Positions 30,331-40,197 are shown, numbered from the stretch's first letter. The stretch is DNA of 64,000 bases from Deltaproteobacteria bacterium (GCA_016187835.1 JACPIY010000050.1:1369-65368); one strand, 5' to 3'. A program made the numbers and translations. Notes: generated from the sequence alone by a model not told the origin.

Positions 30331-33300
30331 TTAACCAAGCCTTAAGACATTGCTCCCCAAAAGTCTTTCTACATCGGCAATAAATTTATCCTGAATATCA
30401 ACCCGGCAATCCCCTATCTCAACTACCACTTCTCCATGTACCGTTTCCAAGTGAAGATATATAATAGATTCCCCTGGAAAGCTTTCAAACATCCTTTTCA
30501 GCTGCAGGAAATTATCCCTGCTAGCATTATCTTTTGTGAGGCTGATATGAAGTGTAGAACCGTTTCTCATCTCTTTTAGAGATAATATCTCCGTTGCTTT
30601 AATTCTAACCCTCTCCTCTGATGGTTCGACTGTCCCCTTTACAATCACTAGTTCAGATTTTTCCTCCAGTAAGGGAAGCGATTTCCTGAGCAGGTCGTTA
30701 AAAATCATAACTTCTACAAAGCCCTTCATATCCTCAAGAACAAGATTACCAAAAATACCCGAACCGCTTTTCGTGTGCTTTACAGTTAGTGAACGCACGA
30801 CGCCCGCAACCGAGACCTCACGCCTTTCCTTGATTTCCGAAATCAACTCAGTGTCGGTATTTGTATACTTTTTTATCTCACCCATATATTTCGCCATTGG
30901 ATGGCTTGAAACATAAAAGCCGCGCACGTCCATTTCATTTTTAAGTATCTCTTTTTCATCCCATTCTTCAACTTTCGGAAGATCAGGGGTTGAAATTGAA
31001 TCGGTCATTGTAAAAAGTAAGTTTTGTCCTTCTGGAGAGCTTTTTTGTACGGCTGAAGTATAGCTAAGGAGGCTTTCAATGGCATCCATAAGCTGTGCCC
31101 TGTTATATCCCAGAGAATCAAACGCCCCGCTTTTAATCAGGCTCTCAAATGTCCTTCTATTTATCTTTCTTGTATCCACCCTTTCACAGAAATCAAATAT
31201 TGATTTGAACCTTCCTCCTTCCTGCCTCCCCTTTATTATTGCCTCAACAGCCCCTTCTCCAATATTTTTTGTTGCAGAAAGACCAAATCTTATTTTCCCT
31301 CCTGACGCAGTAAATCCAGCCATACTCTCATTTACATCCGGCGCCAGCACTTCAATTCCCATTCCTCTGCACTCCGCTATGCTCGAAATGACTTTATCGG
31401 TATTTCCCGCTTCTACCGAGAGCAAAGCCGCCATAAATTCCGCAGGATAATGGGCTTTAAGATAAGCGGTTTGATAGGTAATCAGCGCGTATGCGGCGCT
31501 ATGGCTTTTATTGAATGAATACTCGGCAAACTTCTCCATGGCGTCGAATATTTCTTCTGTTTTCTTGATACCTATCCCCTTTTTCTTTGCCCCTTCAAGA
31601 AATCTCTCTCTCTGAGCCTTCATCTCTTCGGGCTTTTTCTTTCCCATTGCTCGTCTGAGAAGATCCGCTTCTCCAAGGCTATATTCCGCGAGCACACTTG
31701 CGGTGTTCATAATCTGCTCTTGGTAAACGAAAAGACCATATGTGTCTTTAAGAATCTCTTTGAGCTCAGGAAGCGGATAGTTGATTTTTCTCTGTCCGTG
31801 TTTTCGCTTTATAAACTCATCCACCATTCCACTGTCAAGCGGTCCAGGACGATAGAGTGCAAGAAGTGCGATAATATCTTCAAAACTAGAAGGTTGAAGC
31901 CTCATAAGAACCTCTATCATTCCCGATGATTCAATTTGAAATACCCCTCTGGTACACCCGCTTGAAAGAAGCTTATAGACGTCTGGATCATCAAGCGGAA
32001 TCCTTCTTATGTCGAACTTTAAGCTTGCTTCCGAGAAATGGTTCTCATCTATTAACTTTATCGCCTTATCTATGACCGTGAGGGTTTTAAGTCCTAGAAA
32101 ATCAAATTTCACAAATCCTAAATCCTCTATGGCGTTCATATCAAATTGAGTTACGATTTCATCATTTGAACCCTTATAAAGCGGAACGTAATCAGCAAGC
32201 GGCTCATTAGAAATCACGATTCCCGCGGCGTGTGTGGATGAGTGCCTAACCATGTTCTCAAGAGGACGTGCTATCTCTATTAACTCCCTAAGGTTTGGGG
32301 ATTTCTGTATGAGTTCTTTAAGCTGGGGAACCTCCGATATAGATTTGTCAATGCTAAACACCTTTCCTCTAAATGTAGGAATGAGCTTTGTAACCCTATC
32401 AACATCTGCATAAGCAATTCCCAGCACCCTCCCTACGTCTTTTACCACTGCCTTTGCCGACATTGTTCCAAAGGTTCCAATCTGGGCGACTTTATCGGAT
32501 CCATACTTTTCTGTAATGTATTTTATTACCTCGTCCCTTCTCTCCCCGCAGAAGTCTACGTCGATATCGGGCATGCTTACACGCTCAGGGTTTAAAAACC
32601 TTTCAAAAAGAAGATTGTAGGGAATAGGATCGATTTCCGTTATGCCAAGTGCGTAAGCGACAAGGCTTCCTGCCGCGCTTCCCCTTCCCGGTCCTACAGG
32701 GATTCCACGAGATTTTGCATAGTTTATAAAATCAGAAACAACAAGAAAATATCCAGAAAACCCCATCTCCTTTATTATTTCGATTTCACTCTCAAGTCTT
32801 TCTCTGTACGTATTTACTTTTTCTTCTGAAATACCGTTTTCTCTCAACCTCTCTTGAAGCCTTTCCCTCGCAAGGTGTGTCATGTGCTCGTCCAGAGATT
32901 TCCCGCTTTCGAGTTCAAAAACAGGAAGCTTGTAGCCATTTGTCCTAAACTCAAAATTGCATCTTTCCGCAACTTCCAAGGTGCGCTCAATCGCATCCTC
33001 AAAGTCATCCAGATACTCGAGCATCTCTTCACGGGATTTGAGGAAGTATTCATCACCCTTAAATTTGAATCTTTTTTCCTCTTTTACAGTCGTACCCGTC
33101 TGAATGCAAAGAAGTATGTCGTGTGGCTTTGAATCTGAACGCCTCAGATAGTGACAGTCATTTGTCGCAACAACCGGAATCTTAAGACTTTTCCCAATCT
33201 CTCTTATCTTTTTATTAGCTATTTCCTGCTCCGGAAGCCTGTTTGCCTGAATCTCGAGATAATATCTATCGCCAAACATCTCTTTGTATTTAGCGGCAAT

Positions 33301-33774
33301 CAGTAGTGCTCCCTGTAGGTCGTTATTGAGAATGTGCTTGCAAAGCTCACCGTTAAGGCAACCACTTAGTACGATAAGCCCCTCTCTATGCGCATCTAAA
33401 AGCTCATGGTCAATCCTCGGCTTTCTATAAAAACCCTCAAAGTAGGCTTTTGTAATGAGCCTGGATAGATTCTTATACCCTTCCCCATTCATCGAAAGAA
33501 TAATTAAATGATGGTTTTTCTCTTCCGAAGATTTATCTTGCCTCGCTCCCGGGGAAACATAGACTTCGCATCCGATTATTGGTTTTATTCCCGTTTTCTT
33601 GGCCTCTTTGTAGAACTCGCCAGCGCCAAATAGATTTCCGTGGTCGGTAAGGGCAACGGCGGACATCCCGTATTCCTTTGCCTGCACGAAGAGTTCTTCA
33701 AATTTTATCGCGCCGTCAAGGAGGGAATATTGGGAGTGAAGATGGAGATGAACAAAACCCTTTTCCATTGCCAA
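30331..33774 (-). CDS. dnaE: DNA polymerase III alpha subunit
   Basis: HLHLHSQYSLLDG, GPGRGSAAGS, FERFLNPERVSMPDIDVDF, FNKSHS; no intein seen. Confidence 0.98.
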   Translation of the reverse strand: MAMEKGFVHLHLHSQYSLLDGAIKFEELFVQAKEYGMSAVALTDHGNLFGAGEFYKEAKKTGIKPIIGCEVYVSPGARQDKSSEEKNHHLIILSMNGEGYKNLSRLITKAYFEGFYRKPRIDHELLDAHREGLIVLSGCLNGELCKHILNNDLQGALLIAAKYKEMFGDRYYLEIQANRLPEQEIANKKIREIGKSLKIPVVATNDCHYLRRSDSKPHDILLCIQTGTTVKEEKRFKFKGDEYFLKSREEMLEYLDDFEDAIERTLEVAERCNFEFRTNGYKLPVFELESGKSLDEHMTHLARERLQERLRENGISEEKVNTYRERLESEIEIIKEMGFSGYFLVVSDFINYAKSRGIPVGPGRGSAAGSLVAYALGITEIDPIPYNLLFERFLNPERVSMPDIDVDFCGERRDEVIKYITEKYGSDKVAQIGTFGTMSAKAVVKDVGRVLGIAYADVDRVTKLIPTFRGKVFSIDKSISEVPQLKELIQKSPNLRELIEIARPLENMVRHSSTHAAGIVISNEPLADYVPLYKGSNDEIVTQFDMNAIEDLGFVKFDFLGLKTLTVIDKAIKLIDENHFSEASLKFDIRRIPLDDPDVYKLLSSGCTRGVFQIESSGMIEVLMRLQPSSFEDIIALLALYRPGPLDSGMVDEFIKRKHGQRKINYPLPELKEILKDTYGLFVYQEQIMNTASVLAEYSLGEADLLRRAMGKKKPEEMKAQRERFLEGAKKKGIGIKKTEEIFDAMEKFAEYSFNKSHSAAYALITYQTAYLKAHYPAEFMAALLSVEAGNTDKVISSIAECRGMGIEVLAPDVNESMAGFTASGGKIRFGLSATKNIGEGAVEAIIKGRQEGGRFKSIFDFCERVDTRKINRRTFESLIKSGAFDSLGYNRAQLMDAIESLLSYTSAVQKSSPEGQNLLFTMTDSISTPDLPKVEEWDEKEILKNEMDVRGFYVSSHPMAKYMGEIKKYTNTDTELISEIKERREVSVAGVVRSLTVKHTKSGSGIFGNLVLEDMKGFVEVMIFNDLLRKSLPLLEEKSELVIVKGTVEPSEERVRIKATEILSLKEMRNGSTLHISLTKDNASRDNFLQLKRMFESFPGESIIYLHLETVHGEVVVEIGDCRVDIQDKFIADVERLLGSNVLRLG

Positions 33775-34138
33775 CGTATTATATATCAGAAAATTTTAGG
33801 TCTGCAAGGTTTGATAAAAAAATTACATGATGTGAGGAAGTTAGATTTGCAAATTAATAGAATACTTTTATTTCTACCCATTCAGTGTATTGATATTGAT
33901 ACTTTGTAAAACACCAATTTGATTCTATGTCCTGAGAATCGTATAATTTTACAAATTTTAAGAAATATAATTGAAGTTTTGTCAAGAAGTAGATGATAAT
34001 TCAATGATTTGTTCGATTGGTAAAGAATAAACTAGGAAATTGCCATGTTTGAAAAGGCCAAAATTTCAAAGGTGTTCAAGGAATCAGATCAAGTAACCGT
34101 GTTTCCAGGAGATTATGTTAGGTCTCAATTAATAGAAA

Positions 34139-35077
34139 GTGAAGAGGGTTCCTAATTTGGCAAATCTAATTAAGGATTCTTTTCTTCAAGAATTAGAAAG
34201 AAGATTTGGTAAAATACGCAGACTCGAAAATAGCCATTCATTGTTTGAAGTAGGAGAAAGTGAGACGCGTATCTACATAAGATATTCTAAAAAACATAGC
34301 AGGAACCAAATGTTTTATGGCTTGAGGGAAATAGATATACAAATGCTTGGAGGATATCCTTCTGTTTTATGCTTTTTGTGGGATGGTCAACCTAATCCTC
34401 TTATAGTACCGTATTCTGAGTATGAAGAAGTATTTCACTCCGTTTCTCCAGCAAGTGATGGCCAGTATAAAGTTCAAATCTATGAGCAACACGAGGGGAC
34501 TGAACTATACATAGCTAATGCAGGTCGATTTAATGTAGAAAGCTACTTTAGATGGCAAGCCCTTGAAAATTTAATTGATTTATCAACTTCATATATTCCA
34601 GATTTATCTCATTCTCAAGTGCAAACTCTACTTGGAGCTATTGGCTCACATAAGGGATTTGATGTTTGGGTGCCTATAAACGATCGTTCAAAATTGGATT
34701 GGTCTCTTACTGACACATATCAAACTAATAATATTTTGCCCCCGAACCTTGAACAAATTGTAAGAATTGTTGAAGGAGTAGATATTATTTGGATTGAAAG
34801 AGGAGCAGGTATTGCAAAAGCGTTCTTTGAAGTAGAACATTCGACATCCATTTATTCCGGTCTATTACGTTTCAATGACATTCATCTTGTTTTACCTAAC
34901 TTACGTACGAGATTTAGTGTAGTATCTAATGATGACAGACGTTCACTTTTTGTTCGGCAACTAAATCGTCCAACATTCAAAATAAGCGGTCTCAGTGAAA
35001 TTTGTACCTTTTTGGAGTATGCAAACGTATTTATGTGGCATAACAGAATAAAAATGAAAGAAGGAAATTTTAGGTGA
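34139..35077 (+). CDS. Restriction-endonuclease-like PD-(D/E)xK protein
   Basis: C-terminal VDIIWI..FFEVEHSTSIYSGLLRFND resembles REase-fold families; the start may be TTG at MANLIK. Confidence 0.6.
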   Translation: MKRVPNLANLIKDSFLQELERRFGKIRRLENSHSLFEVGESETRIYIRYSKKHSRNQMFYGLREIDIQMLGGYPSVLCFLWDGQPNPLIVPYSEYEEVFHSVSPASDGQYKVQIYEQHEGTELYIANAGRFNVESYFRWQALENLIDLSTSYIPDLSHSQVQTLLGAIGSHKGFDVWVPINDRSKLDWSLTDTYQTNNILPPNLEQIVRIVEGVDIIWIERGAGIAKAFFEVEHSTSIYSGLLRFNDIHLVLPNLRTRFSVVSNDDRRSLFVRQLNRPTFKISGLSEICTFLEYANVFMWHNRIKMKEGNFR

Positions 35078-35081
35078 TATC

Positions 35082-35284
35082 ATGGCCAAAAAGAAAAAAA
35101 CACTATATGGATTGCTGTTAAAGTTGAACGGGGCTTCCCAGCTAAAGTTAAAGTATTTCATAGTGAGGATTCAGCTCTGATTCAAGAAAGTCTATGGCGA
35201 AAAAACATGAATCTTGACTATGACGATACGGGTGTTTTTGAAGTGATCGTTGGAGAAAATGATCCACCTTTAGAATCTATATGA
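35082..35284 (+). pseudogene. Small ORF interrupted by a frameshift in an A7 run
   Basis: ATG GCC AAA AAG AAA AAA joins TIWIAVKVERGFPAKVKVF..DYDDTGVFEV if one A is added at 35094-35100. Confidence 0.45.
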
Positions 35285-35559
35285 TCCAAAGGTGAATTAC
35301 AATGTCATTCGACAAGGCAGAGGCGTACCCGCCGTACCTCTGATCATGATCGGTATCAAATCTTGACCCGAAAATTAACTTTCTAGTGGCCGTAATAATA
35401 ACTATTCCTCTAAGAAATTTGCAGAAAACTTAAAAAACCGATCCCAATGTTCATTTATGATTATCTTTTCTAAATTAGATTACTATTATTGACAGTTAAT
35501 TATGCACGTTATAAAGTCTTATAAGATTAAATATGGAAGAATGTAAACCATAAAATCCT

Positions 35560-35589
35560 TTGACATAAAACCACGCTTAGCTTTACCAT
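35560..35589 (+). promoter_or_regulatory. Possible sigma70 promoter upstream of ftsY
   Basis: TTGACA-18 nt-TACCAT. Confidence 0.4.
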
Positions 35590-35704
35590 TATATGTTATC
35601 CTAATATGCGCAACCCCGAATCTTAAAATAATGATTGCTTCAAGTATAAGGAATGGTGTTTTTGCTGTCCTAATCGGATAACAGAAGGAGGCAAAGGGAA
35701 AAAA

Positions 35705-37060
35705 ATGGAATCGATTATTTCTTCTCTGAACAATATTTATGAAACAAATCCTGAACTTATTTTAGTGGGCGGAGCTGTAAGTGTAATGGTTTTAATCTCC
35801 GTTTTTATTCTCCTATTTGTTGGAAGAAAACCCGAAAAGAAACAAGAAGAAATAGAATTGCAGGACGTCTCTCAGATCCAGAGCGCTCAGCTTGAGACCT
35901 TTCCTCAGTCAGGGGAAGAGACAGCAGAAGATGGAGAATCCTCAATAGAAGAAATCACCGATGAATTGATCGAAAAAGAGTCGGCAGAAACTTTCGAACT
36001 TGATGAACCAGAAGAATTAGTGGATGAACAGATTGAGGAGATTGAAGACGAAATCAGAACTAAAACCGATGGAACCGACTTTGAAGAGCAAGAAAAGATT
36101 GAAGAAGAGGTCGAAGAAGAAACAAAAGAGGGGCTTTTTTCTAGGCTTCGCGTAGGACTTTCAAGAACCCAAGCCGGTCTTATTGCGAGGCTCGATGATA
36201 TGTTAGCAATAAGGAAGGAGATTGACGCTAATCTCTGGGACGACTTTGAAGAAACATTAATCATGGCCGACATTGGCGTAGGAACCACAATGAAGCTCAG
36301 GCAGGAGATAGAAGGTAAACTCACAAAGAAATCTCTTCGCGATCCAACAGCCATAAAGAGCACCCTTAGAGAGGAAATTCTCAAAACGCTTAAAAAAGCT
36401 GAGGGATCTCCGATTGTGCTTAACGTAAAGCCATTTGTGCTCATGGTTGCGGGTGTAAACGGTGTGGGAAAGACAACAACGATTGGGAAACTTGCTTACA
36501 GGTTTAGAAAAGAAGGGAAAAGCGTTATGGTTGCCGCAGCCGATACGTTTAGGGCGGCTGCGGTAGAGCAGCTTGAAATATGGGCTAAGAGAGTCGGAAG
36601 CGATTTTCTAAAAGGACAAAGCGGCGTTGATCCATCTGCAGTTGCCTTTGATGCAGTAAAAGCATCCCTTGGCAGAGGAACGGATGTTCTCATAATCGAT
36701 ACTGCAGGAAGACTTCATACGAAAACCAACCTCATGGACGAGCTAAAAAAGGTAAGAAGAGTTATAGGGCGTGAGCTTGAAGGAGCACCTCATGAGACTT
36801 TACTCGTACTTGATGCCACGACAGGACAAAACGCTATTCAGCAGGCAAAGATGTTTAAAGAAGCGATAGATGTTACCGGAATAGCATTAACAAAGCTTGA
36901 TGGAACAGCTAAGGGTGGAGTGATTGTGGCTATTGCGGATGAACTAAATATCCCTGTGAAGTTTATTGGAATAGGGGAGAGCTTAGGAGACCTGAGAGAA
37001 TTTAAAGCAGAAGAATTTGTAGAAGCACTGTTTCTTTCGGGAAAAGAAACGCTGCATTGA
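35705..37060 (+). CDS. ftsY: SRP receptor FtsY with N-terminal TM and acidic domain
   Basis: GVNGVGKTTTIGKLA, DTFRAAA, DTAGRLH, TKLDGTAKGG. Confidence 0.97.
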   Translation: MESIISSLNNIYETNPELILVGGAVSVMVLISVFILLFVGRKPEKKQEEIELQDVSQIQSAQLETFPQSGEETAEDGESSIEEITDELIEKESAETFELDEPEELVDEQIEEIEDEIRTKTDGTDFEEQEKIEEEVEEETKEGLFSRLRVGLSRTQAGLIARLDDMLAIRKEIDANLWDDFEETLIMADIGVGTTMKLRQEIEGKLTKKSLRDPTAIKSTLREEILKTLKKAEGSPIVLNVKPFVLMVAGVNGVGKTTTIGKLAYRFRKEGKSVMVAAADTFRAAAVEQLEIWAKRVGSDFLKGQSGVDPSAVAFDAVKASLGRGTDVLIIDTAGRLHTKTNLMDELKKVRRVIGRELEGAPHETLLVLDATTGQNAIQQAKMFKEAIDVTGIALTKLDGTAKGGVIVAIADELNIPVKFIGIGESLGDLREFKAEEFVEALFLSGKETLH

Positions 37061-37068
37061 ATTTAGTA

Positions 37069-37095
37069 GTAGGGGGTTCAATCGAACGCCCCTGC
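37069..37095. repeat. GTAG-type REP-like palindrome
   Basis: GTAGGGGGTTCAATCGAACGCCCCTGC. Confidence 0.5.
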
Positions 37096-37114
37096 AATTG
37101 CCTTTCTTAACCAG

Positions 37115-38239
37115 ATGCCCAAGAACCTCGACTCAAAATACATGTCGCTTGCACTTCGCCTTGCGAAAAAAGGAGAGGGTATGACAAGTCCAAACCCTCT
37201 TGTAGGAGCAGTTCTTGTAAAAAGAGGGAAAATTCTTGGAAAGGGATACCACAAGAAAGCCGGGCTTCCTCATGCGGAAATCGAGGCTCTTTTAGACGCG
37301 GAAAAACAAAACTACAACCTCAAAGGCTCCACTCTCTATGTCACACTTGAGCCTTGTTGTCACACCGGAAAAAGAACTCCTCCATGTGTTAATGCCATCG
37401 TCGAGAGGGGAATATCAAGGGTAGTTCTAGGAACCCTGGACCTGAATCCAAAAGTAAAGGGAAAGGGAGTAAAAATTCTTCGTGAAAAGAAGCTAGAAAT
37501 AAAAATTGGTGTGCTTGAAGAAAAATGTAGAGAGATTAACGAGGGATTTTTCAAGTACATAAATACGGGGATTCCTTTTGTCATTCTAAAACTCGCCGCA
37601 ACGCTTGATGGAAAGATCGCTACCTTTACAGGCGACTCAAAATGGATAGGAAGCGAAATCCAGAGGAAGTATGCTCACAAACTGAGAAAAAAGGTTGACG
37701 CCGTTGTCGTTGGAGTCGAGACGGTTCTTCGTGATAATCCACAACTCACTGTAAGACTGAGTACAAAATCCAGTCATCACCCAACACCAGTGGTTCTCGA
37801 CAGCAGGCTTAGAATTCCTCTTGAATCGCAACTTCTTCAAATTCACAAATCCCCAATTATCGCCACAATAATGGCCGACCCGAAGAAGATAGAGGAACTA
37901 GAGAAAAGAGGGGCTAGGGTTCTAATAACAGACATGGATGAAAATGGACATGTTGATCTTTCAAAACTGCTAAAGAAACTAGGAGAGATGGAAATCACAA
38001 ATATTCTAGTTGAAGGCGGAAGTAAAGTTGCTGCTTCTTTTCTAACAAAAAGTCTTGTAGATAAGATTGTTTTTTTCTACGCACCGAAGATCATCGGAGC
38101 CGACGGAATAAGCATGATAGCAGAACTCGGAATTGCCAAAGTCAGAGAAGCCTTTTTAATCAGGAAAATTAAGCTAAAAGCCATAGGAGAAGAGTTTTTG
38201 GTTGAAGGGTACTCCTGTAGAGTTAAGAGTTATGAATAA
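37115..38239 (+). CDS. ribD: Bifunctional riboflavin deaminase/reductase
   Basis: SPNPLVGAV, HAEIEAL, TLEPCCH..TPPC, LVEGG. Confidence 0.97.
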   Translation: MPKNLDSKYMSLALRLAKKGEGMTSPNPLVGAVLVKRGKILGKGYHKKAGLPHAEIEALLDAEKQNYNLKGSTLYVTLEPCCHTGKRTPPCVNAIVERGISRVVLGTLDLNPKVKGKGVKILREKKLEIKIGVLEEKCREINEGFFKYINTGIPFVILKLAATLDGKIATFTGDSKWIGSEIQRKYAHKLRKKVDAVVVGVETVLRDNPQLTVRLSTKSSHHPTPVVLDSRLRIPLESQLLQIHKSPIIATIMADPKKIEELEKRGARVLITDMDENGHVDLSKLLKKLGEMEITNILVEGGSKVAASFLTKSLVDKIVFFYAPKIIGADGISMIAELGIAKVREAFLIRKIKLKAIGEEFLVEGYSCRVKSYE

Positions 38240-38285
38240 ATATGGAATTCTTAACTTTTAACTCTTAATTCTAACTCTTCACTCA
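38220..38285. repeat. 7-bp-unit hairpin overlapping the ribD stop
   Basis: gagttaa gagttat gaataaa / ttcttaa cttttaa ctcttaa. Confidence 0.65.
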
Positions 38286-38310
38286 TTCCCAGGATGTGAT
38301 AATATGAAGA

Positions 38311-39006
38311 TTGAAAATGGAGAAGAAATCCAGAAAAAGAGTGGGTCTTTTAGGCGGAACGTTTAACCCGGTACATCTCGGTCATCTTCGTGCGGCAGAG
38401 GAGATAAGAGAAGTTCTTACTCTTGATAAGATTTATTTTATCCCTGCCTATATACCACCCCATAAAGATTTAGAAGAGATAATATCACCAAATGATCGTC
38501 TAAAAATGCTTAAGCTTGCAATTCTGGAAAACCCTTTTTTTGAAATCTCGGATGTTGAACTTAAACGTGAAGGGACTTCCTATACTATTGATACTCTTAA
38601 GCACTTCTCTTCCAATTTCCCTGAGTTTGAGTTCTATTTTATCCTTGGAAACGAGCTGTTCGTTGAAATAGATACCTGGAAGGATTTCAAACAACTATTT
38701 GAACTCTCGAACTTTACTGTAATTACAAGACCTGGCTTTTCTGAGGATTCTTCTTCCTTAATACCTCTTGCAGTTAAGAATGATTTTCGATATTATAAAA
38801 AAGAAAAGGACGTGACAATTTATCTACATAAGAGTTCAAAGACACTGGCAATCGTGCAAATCGAGGGAATTCGAGTATCATCAACCCAGATAAGGGACCT
38901 ATTAAGGGATAAGAAATCCATAAAGTACCTAGTCCCCGCTCCAGTTGAAGCTTACATATTGTCAAAAAAGCTTTATGTAAAGGAGGCTGTCCTCAATAGA
39001 GTCTAA
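38311..39006 (+). CDS. nadD: Nicotinate-nucleotide adenylyltransferase
   Basis: GGTFNPVHLGH, PPHK, SYTIDTL, VSSTQIR. Confidence 0.96.
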   Translation: MKMEKKSRKRVGLLGGTFNPVHLGHLRAAEEIREVLTLDKIYFIPAYIPPHKDLEEIISPNDRLKMLKLAILENPFFEISDVELKREGTSYTIDTLKHFSSNFPEFEFYFILGNELFVEIDTWKDFKQLFELSNFTVITRPGFSEDSSSLIPLAVKNDFRYYKKEKDVTIYLHKSSKTLAIVQIEGIRVSSTQIRDLLRDKKSIKYLVPAPVEAYILSKKLYVKEAVLNRV

Positions 39007-39382
39007 AAAGAAAGCTATTGCTCTTGCCCGTGCTGCGTGGGAAAAAAATGCTCTTCATACAATATTAATTGATATGAAGAAGTTGACCGATGTTACCGAT
39101 TATTTCATTATATGCAGCGCTGATTCGGATAGAGGAGTAAAAACGATAGCAGATAACATCCAAAAAAAACTTAAAGAGCTCGGAGACAAGGTCATAGGGA
39201 TTGAGGGATACACCGAAGGCAAATGGGTGCTAATTGACACAACTGATGTTGTAATTCATGTATTCTATGATCCCCTGAGAAAGTTTTATGACCTTGAAGG
39301 TCTCTGGATTGACGCTCCTCGTATAAGGCTCCCATTTGAAGACGGATTTCCTAAGAAACCTGAGCAACCCAAAGAAGATTAA
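38996..39382 (+). CDS. rsfS: Ribosome silencing factor RsfS (start probably upstream of the ATG at 39074)
   Basis: TDYFIICSADSDR, IEG..EGKWVLID..DVVIHVF..RKFYDLEGLW; follows nadD. Confidence 0.92.
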   Translation: MESKKKAIALARAAWEKNALHTILIDMKKLTDVTDYFIICSADSDRGVKTIADNIQKKLKELGDKVIGIEGYTEGKWVLIDTTDVVIHVFYDPLRKFYDLEGLWIDAPRIRLPFEDGFPKKPEQPKED

Positions 39383-39384
39383 TC

Positions 39385-39885
39385 TCAAGTGGAAACTTCA
39401 CTCAACCTGCCAGTCTTCACATCATAAACAAATCCTCTCACCGGTATGTGGTTGGGAATCCAGGGATGGGATTTCACTTTCAGAATCTGCTGACGGACAT
39501 TCTCCTCTAAGTCACTGAAAGGATGAAATGAAGCCGGGGCAACAGTCACGGTACCTGTCTTTTCTCTAAGCTGTTTGCGCAATTCCTCATCAGAGAAAGT
39601 CAACATCCCGCAATCAGTATGATTAATAATCATAAACTCCTGTGTCCCTAACAGGTGATGAGAAATGATGAGTGATCTCAAAGCGCCTTCGGTGATGAGC
39701 CCTCCGGCGTTGCGAATTAAGTGAGCATCCCCGGTTTTAAGACCTAGCAGCTGGGATACCGTTAGTCTTGCATTCATACAGGCGACAACAGCAAGTTTAC
39801 GCGCCGGTGGCATAGGAAGATGTCCCAGCTTAAAATTCTTTGCATACTCTTCATTAGCCTTAAGAACTTCTTCAATGACACTCAT
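39385..39885 (-). CDS. Beta-class carbonic anhydrase family
   Basis: VVACMNARL, IRNAGG, HTDCGM, VRGFVYDVKTG. Confidence 0.88.
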   Translation of the reverse strand: MSVIEEVLKANEEYAKNFKLGHLPMPPARKLAVVACMNARLTVSQLLGLKTGDAHLIRNAGGLITEGALRSLIISHHLLGTQEFMIINHTDCGMLTFSDEELRKQLREKTGTVTVAPASFHPFSDLEENVRQQILKVKSHPWIPNHIPVRGFVYDVKTGRLSEVST

Positions 39886-39923
39886 ATCTTTTTGAGCCTC
39901 TTAAATGTTTTTAGTCTATGCTC

Positions 39924-39938
39924 GCAAAAATGATGCCA
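39924..39938 (-). promoter_or_regulatory. sigma54 -24/-12 promoter upstream of the carbonic anhydrase
   Basis: Minus strand TGGCATCATTTTTGC, 38 nt before the ATG. Confidence 0.65.
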
Positions 39939-40138
39939 GAGCCAACCTACTTTGATTACAATACAATTCAACTCAGAGCTATGACTTAACTGGTTACTTG
40001 TTAACCAAATTGCACTGCCTTATTACAATAATAAATATGAACCCCTTTGAGGAAAGAATTTAACAAATGGACACACAAAGGCACTTGGATCTTTAGGTTA
40101 CGGTGAAATGGAATTTTTAAGAGCAGATAAAAGCTTAT

Positions 40139-40184
40139 GGATAGAAGTTGCGAGCAGAGACTCCTATCTACTCGCAACCCATCC
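40139..40184 (-). terminator. Hairpin just downstream of ftsZ
   Basis: gttgcgag/ctcgcaac stem with extended pairing; weak U-tract. Confidence 0.45.
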
Positions 40185-40197
40185 TACTAATTACTCA

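Noticed and set aside
30331-33774. Intein in dnaE
   Set aside because: The length is normal and no intein motifs interrupt the conserved blocks.
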